A stretch of DNA of 64,000 nucleotides from Chloroflexota bacterium (GCA_034436555.1 DAOTUU010000033.1:259720-323719), one strand, 5' to 3'; positions 30,742 through 40,698 are shown, counted from the first letter of the stretch. Numbers and translations are program-made. Notes: generated by a model not told the origin, from the letters alone.

Positions 30742-32330
30742 GATGACGTCCCGGTCGCCGTCCAGCCCAGGCCCGCCAGCACCTCGCGCGCCACGGTCGC
30801 CTCGTCCCAGGCCAGCGTCCCCGATGCCCGCTCGATGGTCTGCTCGTGGCCCTTGCCGGCGAGCAGCACGACATCGCCGGGCCTCGCGCGGGCCATCGCC
30901 TGTTCGATGGCGGCACGCCGGTCGGCGATGAGGAGGAGCGACCGGCCGCGGATGCCGCCACCCTGCTCGGCACCCTCGGCGATCTCCTCGAGGATCGCCT
31001 CGGGATCCTCCGAGCGGCCATCCTCGTCGGTGAGCACGACCAGCCGGCAGCGCTCCGCGGCCACGCGGCCCATCTCCGGTCGCTTCGTGCGGTCACGGTC
31101 GCCCGCGGAGCCGAACACCGCGACGAGCCCGCCCCCGTCGGCCGCCGCCGCCGGCGCGAGGTTGTCCAGCACCTTCGCCAGCGAGTCGGCGGTGTGGGCA
31201 TAGTCCACGATGACGCCGAAGGGCTGTCCCCGGTCGATCCGCTGCATCCGTCCGGGCACGCTCTCCACGGCCCCGATGCCGGCGCGCATGGCGGCCGGAT
31301 CCAGGCGCAGCGCCTCTCCCACCCCGATCGCGGCGAGCGCGTTGTGGGCGTTGAAGCGGCCCGCCAGCCGCAGCGCCAGGTCGTCCTCCCAGCGGGGCGT
31401 GCGGACGCGCAGTCGCATCCCGGTCGCGTCCTCTCGCAGACTGAGCGTCCGGATGTCGGCGGTCGGGCCCGCGCCATAGCCGTGGACGGTCGCGCCCGCC
31501 GCGCGCGCGGCGGCGCCGAACGCGCCCGCGACGGGATCGTCCAGGTTGACGACGGCGTGCTTGCCGTGGCCCTTCTCGGGGTTGGCGGGACCGCTCGCGA
31601 GCCACTCGAACAGGCGTCGCTTGGCCGCGATGTACGCGTCGCGGGTGCCGTGGAACTCGAGGTGCTCGGAGGTGACGTTGGTGAGCACGCCGACGTCGTA
31701 GGCGACCTCCGCGACACGGTCCTGGGCGAGGCCGTGGGAGGTGGACTCGACGACGGCCCAGCGATCTCCGGCATCGCGCATCGCGGCCAGCTGGGCCTGG
31801 AGCTCGGGCGCCTCGGGCGTGGTCGCCCGGGCCGGGTTGCCCCGGCTGCGCCCGCCCACGATGACATCGATGGTGCCGGTCAGGCCGGTCTGGAGGCCGC
31901 ACGCCTCGAGCATCGCCCGCACCAGCCACGCGGTGGTCGTCTTGCCGTCCGTGCCGGTGATGCCGACCACGCCCAGGTCGCGGCTCGGCTGATCGTGGAT
32001 CCAGGCCGCGGCCAGCGCGAGGGCCCGCCGCCCCTGGGTCACCAGCAGCTGCGGCACCGGCAGACCGGGCGTCGCTCGCTCCGCCACGACCGCCACCGCG
32101 CCCGAGGCCACCGCCGCCGGGACATGGTCGTGGCCGTCGGCGTGCCGGCCCCCGATGGCCACGAACAGGTCGCCCGGCGCCACGCGTCGGGAGTCCATCG
32201 CGACGGCGCGCACGAGGAGGTGCGCCGCCGGCTCCGCGTTCACCGCGAGGATGGCGCGCAGCAGCCCGCGCGCCGCGAGCAGGCCAACGAGACGGCCGAG
32301 CATCCGGCTCCGGTCGTCGGCCCGCGTCAT
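30738..32330 (-). CDS. murE: UDP-N-acetylmuramoyl-L-alanyl-D-glutamate--diamino acid ligase (MurE)
   Basis: MTRADDRSRMLG ... VVGITGTDGKTTTAWLV (Mur ligase P-loop), VVESTSHGL, DYAHTADSL, VFGSAGDRD. 530 aa. Start overlaps the upstream Fem stop (ATGA). Confidence 0.85.
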   Translation of the reverse strand: MTRADDRSRMLGRLVGLLAARGLLRAILAVNAEPAAHLLVRAVAMDSRRVAPGDLFVAIGGRHADGHDHVPAAVASGAVAVVAERATPGLPVPQLLVTQGRRALALAAAWIHDQPSRDLGVVGITGTDGKTTTAWLVRAMLEACGLQTGLTGTIDVIVGGRSRGNPARATTPEAPELQAQLAAMRDAGDRWAVVESTSHGLAQDRVAEVAYDVGVLTNVTSEHLEFHGTRDAYIAAKRRLFEWLASGPANPEKGHGKHAVVNLDDPVAGAFGAAARAAGATVHGYGAGPTADIRTLSLREDATGMRLRVRTPRWEDDLALRLAGRFNAHNALAAIGVGEALRLDPAAMRAGIGAVESVPGRMQRIDRGQPFGVIVDYAHTADSLAKVLDNLAPAAAADGGGLVAVFGSAGDRDRTKRPEMGRVAAERCRLVVLTDEDGRSEDPEAILEEIAEGAEQGGGIRGRSLLLIADRRAAIEQAMARARPGDVVLLAGKGHEQTIERASGTLAWDEATVAREVLAGLGWTATGTSS

Positions 32331-33424
32331 GCGCCCGCCCCCCCGGCGGTCGAGGCCATGGGCCCGGTGGTGCCGCGGAGGCGGAGCCGCCGGACACCCC
32401 GGACCCACAGGCGCCGACCCAGGACCATCGCGTCCCGCAGGATGGGCAGGGTCACCAGGTCGAGCGCGCCGACGTAGCGGACCTCGTGGCCGCCGAACCC
32501 CGCCTTGAACTGCTCGATGCCCGGGTGCGCCAGGCCCCACATGTCGTAGGTGTCGCAGCCCGCCGCGATCGACCGGCGCAACGCCTCCCACTTCAGCAGG
32601 TAGTTGGCCCGGGAGTCGGCGCCCGCCTGCGTCATGCCGCCATACGGCTCGGCCATCCGGTCGCCGCAGCGCACCAGGAACAGGGCCGCGACCGGGACCC
32701 CGTCGGACGTGTGCGCCAGCAGCAGCGATGCCTGGCCCGTCGGCAGGAAGGCATCCCACACCGCCTCGTAGGAGGCCAGGGACCGATGGAAGAAGCCCGT
32801 GCGCGCGGCGGTGTCGGCGAGGATGGCGTGGAACGCCGGCAGGTCCGCGCGGCCGCCCTCCCGGACCGCCACGCCAGAGCGCGTGGCCCGGCCCACGTAT
32901 TGCCGCCACTTGGAGCGCAGGCCCGCCCACACGGCGGCCTCGCCGGGCGCGAGGTCCACCACCCGGCTGCGGTCGTGCTGGACGGCGTCCGCATCCCGCC
33001 ACCCGCAGTGCCGCAGCAGCAGCGCCGCCGACACGTCCTCCCTGCCGGGATCCACCGTCACGTGGGTCAGGCGGTGGCGCCAGGCCGCCCTGCGCAGCGC
33101 GGCGGTGAACGCCGCGACCGACGGCTCGTCCCAGGTCGTGGCGATCGGACCGCGCGGCGCATAGCCCATCGCGAACGGTCCGGGACCCAGCCTGCGGACG
33201 AGGACCTGGGCGCCGATCGGACCGCTGCCGCCGTCGGCGACGACTCGTGTCGAGGTCCAGCCGTTGGGCCGCTTGCTGATGGCCCAGGCGGTTTGCTGGA
33301 GATGGTTCGGCGTGGCGCTCGCGGCGACGAAGGCATCCCATGTCGCGTCGTCTCGTCGGAGGGCGGCGAGCGAGGGACCGGCCTCGACCGCCCGGCCCGT
33401 CGGGATGCCGGGAGTGGTGGTCAT
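32327..33424 (-). CDS. FemAB-family peptidoglycan aminoacyltransferase
   Basis: ATG 33424 overlaps the upstream stop (ATGA). ATWDAFVAASATPNHLQQTAWAISKRPNGW ... NYLLKWEALRRSIAAGCDTYDMWGLAHPGIEQFKAGFGGHEV. Confidence 0.8.
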   Translation of the reverse strand: MTTTPGIPTGRAVEAGPSLAALRRDDATWDAFVAASATPNHLQQTAWAISKRPNGWTSTRVVADGGSGPIGAQVLVRRLGPGPFAMGYAPRGPIATTWDEPSVAAFTAALRRAAWRHRLTHVTVDPGREDVSAALLLRHCGWRDADAVQHDRSRVVDLAPGEAAVWAGLRSKWRQYVGRATRSGVAVREGGRADLPAFHAILADTAARTGFFHRSLASYEAVWDAFLPTGQASLLLAHTSDGVPVAALFLVRCGDRMAEPYGGMTQAGADSRANYLLKWEALRRSIAAGCDTYDMWGLAHPGIEQFKAGFGGHEVRYVGALDLVTLPILRDAMVLGRRLWVRGVRRLRLRGTTGPMASTAGGAGA

Positions 33425-35592
33425 GGGCCCGCCCGGAGCCTGCGCACGGCGCCCACCGACCGACGCGAGACGCGCCCCGCCCGATCGGCCCAGGGACGCA
33501 GAACGATGCGGCGCGCGGGCTCCCGGTCCACCCACACCGCCCCGAAGCCCGCCTTGTGCTCGTAGAGTCCGTGGTTCGGATCGCCCGGTCGTGGCGGCTC
33601 ACGACGACCGGGCAGGTCCACGCCGCCCAGATCGACATGACGCGCTCCCTCCAGCAGCGCGTCCGCCAGGAGCGTCGATCGCACCAGGTGCATGGTGCCC
33701 GGCAGCTCCCGCCGCCGGGTCGCGTCATCGGCGGAGTACGCCGTGGCGAACGCACCCCCCTGGAGGAACACCAGCACGCCGCCGAGCACCGCACCCTCGC
33801 GCTCGGCGACGTACAGGCGTGCCTGACCTGCCGCGATGAGCCGGGCCCAGAAGGCGAGATAGCCCAGCTCCGGGCGCATCGGGATGCCCAGGTCCTCCGC
33901 CCGCGCCACGAGCAGCTCGCCGAAGCGAGCGAGACGATCGCCCGCGGCGTCCACGCGGACCGAGACGCCCGACCTCTCGGCGCCCCGGATGCGCTGGCGC
34001 GTGCTCTTGGAGTAGGAGCCGAACAGCGCATCGACGTCCCGACCACCGGGCAGGACCAGGCGCATGACGTGGATGCTCGGCTGGACCTCCGCGGTGACCC
34101 CGAAGCCCGAGCGCTCCAGCGCCGCCGCCCAGGCCGGGTCGGCATCCCGCTCGGGATCGAGGAACAGCTCCGTGGCGCCCGCGTCGCGGGCCACACCCGC
34201 CAGCCGGACCACCCGATCGACGACGACCTCCACCGGGTCGCCGGCGTGCGCGGGACCCTTGCGACAGGTGGCGATGACGCCCGGCACGAGGCGCTGGCGG
34301 CGCAGCACGAGCAGGGCGCCCCGATCGTCCCCCAGGTCGACGAACCGAGGGTCCGCGCCCTGGGACCGGCGATGGTCCGCCCATGCCGTCCCCTGCATCA
34401 CGTGACCCCCCGGCACATCCACGGTCCGGGCGTTCCAGCCGTCGGGAGGAGCGACGGGCGGCCCGGGGGGCGCGTCCGACCGACCGGTCACGCCGTGACG
34501 GACGGTCCGGACGAGCCGGAGGCCAGCCGAGCGGCCCCGCTCTGCGACGGTCACGAGGGAGGCGGCCCGCGGGTCGGTCAGTAGGCGCCATGCGGCGACG
34601 TACCGCCGCTCCGTGCCACCGAACCCGGCCTTGAACGTCGCGACGCCGTCCGCGTCGGTGCCCCACATGTCGTAGCGCGCCATGCCCCGCTCGGCGGATC
34701 GGCGGATGGCCTCCCACTTCAGGAGGTGGTTCGCGCGACCGTGGGCGCCCTCCTGCGAGGAGGCGCCGTAGAGCTCGATGACCCGGTCCCCGCAGTCCAG
34801 CAGGAGCAGCGTCGCGACGGCCGCTCCGCCCGGCGCCCGCGCGATGAGCAGCCGCGCTCCGCCGCGCCGGGCCCACGCCGCATGCACGGCCCGGAACGCG
34901 GCGCCCGGTTCGAAGCCGACGCGCCGTGCCGTCTCGCGATACAGCGCCTCGAAATCGTCGAGGCCCTCCGCCCCCGCCTCGGCCACCAGGAATCCCGAGC
35001 GCCGCGCCTTGTTGACCGACCAGCGCGCGCTGGAGCGCAGGTCCCCCCACAGTTCGACCTCGGGCCGTCGCAGGTCGATGATCCGGGTGCGGTTGATCTG
35101 GATCTCGCCCGCGGGCTCCCATCCCGCCGCGGACAGCCAGCCCGCGGCCGGACCCTCGGCGTCGAGCTCCGGGTCGATCGTGACGTGGATCAGCCGCTCC
35201 TCCGCGGCGACGGCGCGCACCGCGCGGGTGAACGCGATGACGCCCGGCCCGTCGACCGTGGCGGCCACCGGGCCCCGAGGCGCATAGGCACGCGCCCACG
35301 GACCCGGCCGCAGCGATCGGATGAGCATCTGCGCCCCGATCGGTCGCCCATCCGACTCGGCGATCACCCGGCGCGTCCGCCAGCCCCTCGTGGCGTTCGC
35401 CTCCGCCCATGCGGTCAGCTGGGGGAACGATCCGTTCGGCGATGCCGCGACGAACGCGTCCCAGGCATCCGGGTCCTGGCGCAGCCGGTCCGCCAGGCGC
35501 GGCGTCGGGACATCCGACTGGACGCGGGTCTGGGCGCCCCTCCGGTCAACAGCGTCCGTGGCCGTCGCTGGAGCGGCGGTCACGTCGGTCAT
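33421..35592 (-). CDS. Tandem double FemAB-domain protein (two complete Fem aminoacyltransferase modules in one ~723-aa polypeptide)
   Basis: Module 1: PDAWDAFVAASPNGSFPQLTAWAEANATRGW ... NHLLKWEAIRRSAERGMARYDMWGTDADGVATFKAGFGGTER. Module 2: HVMQGTAWADHRRSQGADPRF ... YEHKAGFGAVWVD. ATG 35592 overlaps the murJ stop. Confidence 0.75.
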   Translation of the reverse strand: MTDVTAAPATATDAVDRRGAQTRVQSDVPTPRLADRLRQDPDAWDAFVAASPNGSFPQLTAWAEANATRGWRTRRVIAESDGRPIGAQMLIRSLRPGPWARAYAPRGPVAATVDGPGVIAFTRAVRAVAAEERLIHVTIDPELDAEGPAAGWLSAAGWEPAGEIQINRTRIIDLRRPEVELWGDLRSSARWSVNKARRSGFLVAEAGAEGLDDFEALYRETARRVGFEPGAAFRAVHAAWARRGGARLLIARAPGGAAVATLLLLDCGDRVIELYGASSQEGAHGRANHLLKWEAIRRSAERGMARYDMWGTDADGVATFKAGFGGTERRYVAAWRLLTDPRAASLVTVAERGRSAGLRLVRTVRHGVTGRSDAPPGPPVAPPDGWNARTVDVPGGHVMQGTAWADHRRSQGADPRFVDLGDDRGALLVLRRQRLVPGVIATCRKGPAHAGDPVEVVVDRVVRLAGVARDAGATELFLDPERDADPAWAAALERSGFGVTAEVQPSIHVMRLVLPGGRDVDALFGSYSKSTRQRIRGAERSGVSVRVDAAGDRLARFGELLVARAEDLGIPMRPELGYLAFWARLIAAGQARLYVAEREGAVLGGVLVFLQGGAFATAYSADDATRRRELPGTMHLVRSTLLADALLEGARHVDLGGVDLPGRREPPRPGDPNHGLYEHKAGFGAVWVDREPARRIVLRPWADRAGRVSRRSVGAVRRLRAGP

Positions 35593-37151
35593 CCGCGACC
35601 GACGGCCGAGCGCGTCAGGTGGACGGCCCTGGACAGTTCGGGAGTGCGCACGAGGCGACTGTACAGCAGGTACACGAGGAGAGCGGCGCCGCCGCCGACG
35701 ACCACCTGGAGGAGCGCGGCCACCCAGGGCGTGCCGCCGACTCCGGCGCCGGCCAGCCAGCCGCCCACGAGCGCCGCCGTGCCGGCCGCGAGCAGCGCCC
35801 CGACGACGAACGACGCGGCCCTCGCGAACGGGCGGAGCCCGAAGGCCGGGACGCGTCGATGGAGCAGCAGCGTGAGCGCGACCGCCTCGAACCAGCCACC
35901 GAGCGCGATGCCCAGCGCCAGGCCCTGGAGCCCGAGGGTCTGCCACGTGAGCAGCGACACCGCCACGTTGATGCCCACCGAGGCGACCGCCACGGTCACC
36001 GGGGTGCGCGTGTCGCGCCCGGCGTAGAAGCCGCGCGCGAGGATGACGTTCGCCGCATGGGCCGGCAGCCCCAGCAGGAAGACCGCCAGCGTGGCCGCGG
36101 TCGCCTCGACGGCGGCCTCGTCGAATCCCGGGAACAGCAGCTCGATGGATTGCACCCGGAACACGATGCCCACGGCCATGAGCAGCATCGTCATCCACAG
36201 CAGGAGCCGGACCGCCTCGCCCGTGAGCGTCGCGAACGTCGCCTGGTCATCCGACCCGCGCGACCGCGACATCGCAGGCAGGAGCACCATCCCCACCGGC
36301 ACCGCCACGACGCCCAGCGGGATCTGGAGCACGTTGAAGGCGATGTTGTAGACCGTGACCGCCGCCGCGCCGCCGAGCGCGAGCACCGTCACGGAGCTCG
36401 CCAGGGTGGTGTTCACGATGAACGTGACCTGGCTCGCACCCAGGCCGATGGCGCGAGGCACCATCAGGACGAGCGCCTCGCGCGCCTGGGGGTCACCGCC
36501 CCGGATGACGGGCGTCCAGGCGAAGCGGCCGCGCAGCGCCGGCAGCTGGACCGCGAAGTGGAGCACCGACCCGATCACGACGCCCAGCGCCGCCGCCGTC
36601 ACGCCCAGCAGCGGCGCGAGCGCGATCGCGACCACGAGGATCGCGGCGTTGTAGGTCACCGGTGCCATCGCCGCCGCCCCGAACCGGTTGTCCGCGTTCA
36701 GGATGGCGGACACGATCGCGCCCAGCGCGAGGAAGACCGGCGAGAGCAGCATCAGTCGCGTGAGCTCGACCGTCTGGCGCACCTGCTCGGCGTCGAATCC
36801 GGACACGATGGCGGGCACGATCTGCGGGGCGAACAGGAACATCAGCACCGCGAACGCGAGCAGCGCCAGGAGCACCGTGTTCGCGACGGCCGAGGCGACG
36901 CGCCACGCGCGGTGCTCCTCGCCGCGCGACAGCAGCTGGCTGAGCACCGGGATGAGCGCCGAGCCGAGCGCCCCGGCCGCCACGAGCTGGTACACCAGGT
37001 CGGGGATGCGGAAGGCGGCGTAGAACGGACCCAGCTCTTCGGGCGTCCAGAGGTTGCCCAGGACCACGACGCGGCCCCAGCCGAGGACGCGCGACGCGAG
37101 GAAGAACGCGAAGACCGTGAACCCGGCCCGCGCGAGATCCTGACGGGTCAC
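35589..37151 (-). CDS. murJ: Lipid II flippase MurJ (MviN)
   Basis: 520 aa, 14 predicted TM segments. MurJ motifs (LASRVLGWGRVVVLGNLW, FYAAFRIPDLVYQLVAAGALGSALIPVLS). ATG overlaps the xer stop (ATGA). Confidence 0.85.
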   Translation of the reverse strand: MTRQDLARAGFTVFAFFLASRVLGWGRVVVLGNLWTPEELGPFYAAFRIPDLVYQLVAAGALGSALIPVLSQLLSRGEEHRAWRVASAVANTVLLALLAFAVLMFLFAPQIVPAIVSGFDAEQVRQTVELTRLMLLSPVFLALGAIVSAILNADNRFGAAAMAPVTYNAAILVVAIALAPLLGVTAAALGVVIGSVLHFAVQLPALRGRFAWTPVIRGGDPQAREALVLMVPRAIGLGASQVTFIVNTTLASSVTVLALGGAAAVTVYNIAFNVLQIPLGVVAVPVGMVLLPAMSRSRGSDDQATFATLTGEAVRLLLWMTMLLMAVGIVFRVQSIELLFPGFDEAAVEATAATLAVFLLGLPAHAANVILARGFYAGRDTRTPVTVAVASVGINVAVSLLTWQTLGLQGLALGIALGGWFEAVALTLLLHRRVPAFGLRPFARAASFVVGALLAAGTAALVGGWLAGAGVGGTPWVAALLQVVVGGGAALLVYLLYSRLVRTPELSRAVHLTRSAVGRG

Positions 37152-38143
37152 GCGTCCCTGTCGGCGTCGATCCGATCGTCCGCACCCGCCGGGACGGTGA
37201 CCCGCGCGCCGCCGCCCGCCGACCGGGCGCGCGGATGGGCCGAGCGGTACGTGGTGCGCAGCCGAACCGGCGAGACGTGGGTGTAGACCTGCGTCGTGGC
37301 GAGGCTCGCGTGGCCCAGCAGCTCCTGGACGATGCGCAGATCCGCCCCGCCGTCCAGCAGGTGGCTCGCGAACGAGTGGCGCAGGGTGTGCGGCGAGACG
37401 CCCTCCGGGAGCCCGGCACGGGCGGCGAGCCGGTCGACCCGCTCACGCATGCCCCGCACACCCAGGGGCGCCCCGAAGCGGTTGAGGAAGACGGTCCCGT
37501 CGTCCGGGGCGTGGGCCGTGGCCCTGAGCTGCGGCCGACCTCTGGCGAGCCACGTCTCCAGAGCGTCGCGCGCCGGACCGCCCAGGAGGGTCACCCGCTC
37601 CTTGCGGCCCTTGCCCAGCACCCGCACCTCGCCGCGGCGCAGGTCCAGGTCGCCGACCGTGAGCGCGGCGAGCTCGCTGATGCGCAACCCGGCGGCATAG
37701 GCCAGCTCCACGATCGCGCGATCGCGCAGCTCCAGGGACGCAGCGGTGGAGGGTGCCTGCGCGGATCCCTCGACGGCGTCCAGCAGGCGCTCCACGTCCT
37801 CCACCTCGAGCACCGTCGGCAGTCGGCCCGGCTGGCGTGGCGTGACGACCGCGGCCCAGGGGTCTCCCGCCACCCAGCCCTCGCGGCGACCGTGGCGATA
37901 GAACGAGCGGAGTGCCGCGAGCCGTGCGGCGATGGAGCGGCGCGCGAGTCCCTCCCCGGCCAGCGTCGCCAGGTAGGCGCGCAGCTGGCGCCGGCCGGGA
38001 CGGGTCCAGTCGACGCCCGCGGGACCCGCGGCCCAGCGCAGGAAGTGGCCCACCGCGCCCTCGTACGCCCGCCGCGTGTGAGGCGACGCGTCCCGGGCGT
38101 CCAGGGCCCGCAGCCAGGCGAGCAGCGCCGACTCGCCGGTCAT
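37148..38143 (-). CDS. xerC: Tyrosine site-specific recombinase XerC/XerD family (CodV/XerC-like by synteny with topA)
   Basis: Core-binding N-domain (HTRRAYEGAVGHFLRW), catalytic R...HxxR...Y (LRISELAALTVGDL, HTLRHSFASHLLDGGADLRIVQELLGHASLATTQVYTHV). ATG at 38143. Confidence 0.85.
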   Translation of the reverse strand: MTGESALLAWLRALDARDASPHTRRAYEGAVGHFLRWAAGPAGVDWTRPGRRQLRAYLATLAGEGLARRSIAARLAALRSFYRHGRREGWVAGDPWAAVVTPRQPGRLPTVLEVEDVERLLDAVEGSAQAPSTAASLELRDRAIVELAYAAGLRISELAALTVGDLDLRRGEVRVLGKGRKERVTLLGGPARDALETWLARGRPQLRATAHAPDDGTVFLNRFGAPLGVRGMRERVDRLAARAGLPEGVSPHTLRHSFASHLLDGGADLRIVQELLGHASLATTQVYTHVSPVRLRTTYRSAHPRARSAGGGARVTVPAGADDRIDADRDA

Positions 38144-38177
38144 CAGGCCGGCCACGCCCCGGACGCGGCGCGTCCCA

Positions 38178-40610
38178 TCAGGACGTGGACTTCGTGGTCC
38201 GCGTCCGGCGGGTGCGAGCCGCCCCGGTCGCGGTTCGGCCTCGCGCGCCACCCGATCCACGGCGGGGCTTCGCGGCGATGGCCTCGGGATCCGGGGGGCC
38301 GCCAGGGAGCTGCGACCCGACGACGACCGGCTCGGGCAGCTCCACGGGCGCACCGCAGCGCAGGCACAGCCCGACCCCGTCCGCCTTGCGCGCCACCGGG
38401 CCGCCGTCGGCATCGTGGGTCGCGCCGACCGGTTCATGGTTCGTGGTGAAGGCGCAGCGCGGGTAGCGGGAGCAGCCGTGGAACACGTTGCCCGTGCGGC
38501 GCGCCCGGCGCGCCGTGAGCGTGCCCTCGCTGCACAGCGGGCAGGTGACCGTGAACGGCAGCGGCGGCGGGGGCGGCGGCCCCGTCCGGTGGATGTACGT
38601 GCAGTCCGGGTAGCGGGAACAGCCCGCGAACACGCCGAACCGACCGCGCTTGGCGACGAGCGTGCCCTGGCCGCACTCCGGGCAGGCCTCGCCCACGCCC
38701 TCGGCGGTGATCGCCTCCGGCTCCTCGCCCGGCAGCGGCCGGGACTCCCTGTGCTCGGGATAGAGCGAGCAGGCGAGGAACCGCCCGTTGCGGCCCAGCC
38801 GGATGACCATCGGGTGCCCCTCGGAGCAGACCTCGTCGGTCTCCTCGGTGGTGAAGTCGCGCCGGCGCAGCTCCTTGCGCTTCTCGTCCACGAGCGAGCG
38901 CAGCGGGCCGTAGAAGTCGCGCAGCAGCGGCACCCATTCCCGCTCGCCGCTGGCGATCTCGTCCAGGCGCTCCTCCATGCGCGCCGTGAACTCGAGGTCC
39001 ACGAACTCCGTGAAGTGCTCCACGAGCAGGTCCGTGACGATGCCCGCGACCTCGGTGGGGTGGAGCCGCCTGTCGGTGACCGTGACGTAGCCCCGGTCCA
39101 CGATCGTGCTGATCGTGGCGGCATACGTGGACGGCCGGCCGATGCCCCGCTCCTCCAGGGCCTTGATGAGCGTCGCCTCCGAGTAGCGCGGCGGCGGCTC
39201 CGTGAAGTGCTGGGTGCTCTCCACGTCCACCACGGACGTGCGGTCGCCCTCCGCGAGCGACGGCAGCGCGCCGTCCGCCTCGTCCTCGGCGCCGTCGTCG
39301 CGGCCTTCGGTGTAGACCCGGGTGAAGCCGTCGAAGAGCGTCCTGCTGGCGCTCGCCCGCAGGCCGTAGGGGCCCGCGGTCAGCTCGACGGTGGTGGTCT
39401 CGATGCGCTTGTCGGCCATCTGGGACGCCAGCGCGCGCTGCCAGATGAGCCGATACAGGTTCAGCTCGTCCTTGCCCAGCCAGCGGCGCAGCGAATCGGG
39501 GTCGCGCTCGAAGCTGGTGGGTCGGATCGCCTCGTGGGCCTCCTGGGCGCCCTTGACCTTGCCGAAGAGGCGGCCCTTGGGCATCGTGTACGCGTCGCCG
39601 TAGCGCTTCGCGATGACGCCCCGCGCCTCCCCCATGGCCACGCCCGCCATCGCGGTCGAGTCGGTGCGCATGTAGGTGATGAGGCCCACGGGCTCGCCGT
39701 CGATCTCGATGCCCTCGTACAGCCGCTGGGCGACCGACATCGTGCGCTTGGGGCTGAAGCCCAGCTTCCGGCTGGCCTCCTGCTGGAGGGTGCTGGTGAT
39801 GAACGGCGGGCGGGGACTGCTCTTGCTCTGGCGGACGCCGATGCTGTCGACGACGGGCGCGAGCGCCCTGAGCCTGGCGGCGTGGTCCTGGGCGGCCCGC
39901 TCCGCCTGGATCGAGGTCTCCTTCCTGGACAGCTCGCCGCCGCGGTTGAGCGGGACGCCGTCCAGCTTCACCACATCCGCGTGGAAGCGCTCGCCGCGCA
40001 CCGTCTCCAGGAGCGCCCGCAGCGTCCAGTACTCGCGTGGCGTGAAGGCCGCGATCTCGCGCTCGCGTTCCACCACGAGGCGCACGGCGACGGACTGCAC
40101 CCGGCCCGCCGAGAGGCCGGCCCGGACCTTGCGCGAGAGGAGCGGGCTGAGCGTGTAGCCCACCATCCGATCCACGATGCGCCGGGTCTGCTGCGCGTCG
40201 ACCAGGTTCATGTCGATGCCGCGCGGGTGCTGGAACGCGTCCCGGATGGCACCCTCGGTGATCTCCGAGAATGTGACGCGGCGGGTCTTCGCGTCCGGGA
40301 TCTCGGCGGCCTGGGCCACGTGCCACGCGATCGCCTCGCCCTCGCGATCCAGGTCGGTGGCGAGGTAGACGGTCGTGGCGCGCCCGGCCTCCCTGCCGAT
40401 CTGCGTGACCTGCTTGCGCCGGTCGTCGCTGATGACGTACTCGGGCGCGAAGTCATGGTCAACGTCCACGCCCAGCTTGCCCTTGCCCGGGTTCTCCGGC
40501 AGGTCCCGGACATGGCCGTACGAGGCGAGCACCTTGTAGTCGTCCCCGAGGTAGCGCTCGATGGTGCGGGCCTTGGCGGGTGATTCCACGATCACCAGGT
40601 TCTTCGTCAT
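38178..40610 (-). CDS. topA: DNA topoisomerase I
   Basis: TOPRIM (MTKNLVIVESPAKARTIERYLG), active-site region (GLITYMRTDS), three C4 zinc ribbons (CPECG...CSRYPDC), basic C-terminal tail. ATG at 40610. Confidence 0.9.
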   Translation of the reverse strand: MTKNLVIVESPAKARTIERYLGDDYKVLASYGHVRDLPENPGKGKLGVDVDHDFAPEYVISDDRRKQVTQIGREAGRATTVYLATDLDREGEAIAWHVAQAAEIPDAKTRRVTFSEITEGAIRDAFQHPRGIDMNLVDAQQTRRIVDRMVGYTLSPLLSRKVRAGLSAGRVQSVAVRLVVEREREIAAFTPREYWTLRALLETVRGERFHADVVKLDGVPLNRGGELSRKETSIQAERAAQDHAARLRALAPVVDSIGVRQSKSSPRPPFITSTLQQEASRKLGFSPKRTMSVAQRLYEGIEIDGEPVGLITYMRTDSTAMAGVAMGEARGVIAKRYGDAYTMPKGRLFGKVKGAQEAHEAIRPTSFERDPDSLRRWLGKDELNLYRLIWQRALASQMADKRIETTTVELTAGPYGLRASASRTLFDGFTRVYTEGRDDGAEDEADGALPSLAEGDRTSVVDVESTQHFTEPPPRYSEATLIKALEERGIGRPSTYAATISTIVDRGYVTVTDRRLHPTEVAGIVTDLLVEHFTEFVDLEFTARMEERLDEIASGEREWVPLLRDFYGPLRSLVDEKRKELRRRDFTTEETDEVCSEGHPMVIRLGRNGRFLACSLYPEHRESRPLPGEEPEAITAEGVGEACPECGQGTLVAKRGRFGVFAGCSRYPDCTYIHRTGPPPPPPLPFTVTCPLCSEGTLTARRARRTGNVFHGCSRYPRCAFTTNHEPVGATHDADGGPVARKADGVGLCLRCGAPVELPEPVVVGSQLPGGPPDPEAIAAKPRRGSGGARGRTATGAARTRRTRTTKSTS

Positions 40611-40698
40611 CGCGGCGGAGGATAGCACGGGGTCCTCGCCGGACCGCCCCCGGGCGGGGTGCCCGCCCGGGGGCCCACGCACGCTCCCCGAGTCGCGC

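Noticed and set aside
30738-34196. 1152-aa continuous minus-strand ORF
   Set aside because: This is read-through in one frame. Only the C-terminal 530 aa are MurE. The upstream part overlaps the Fem genes, which are in other frames
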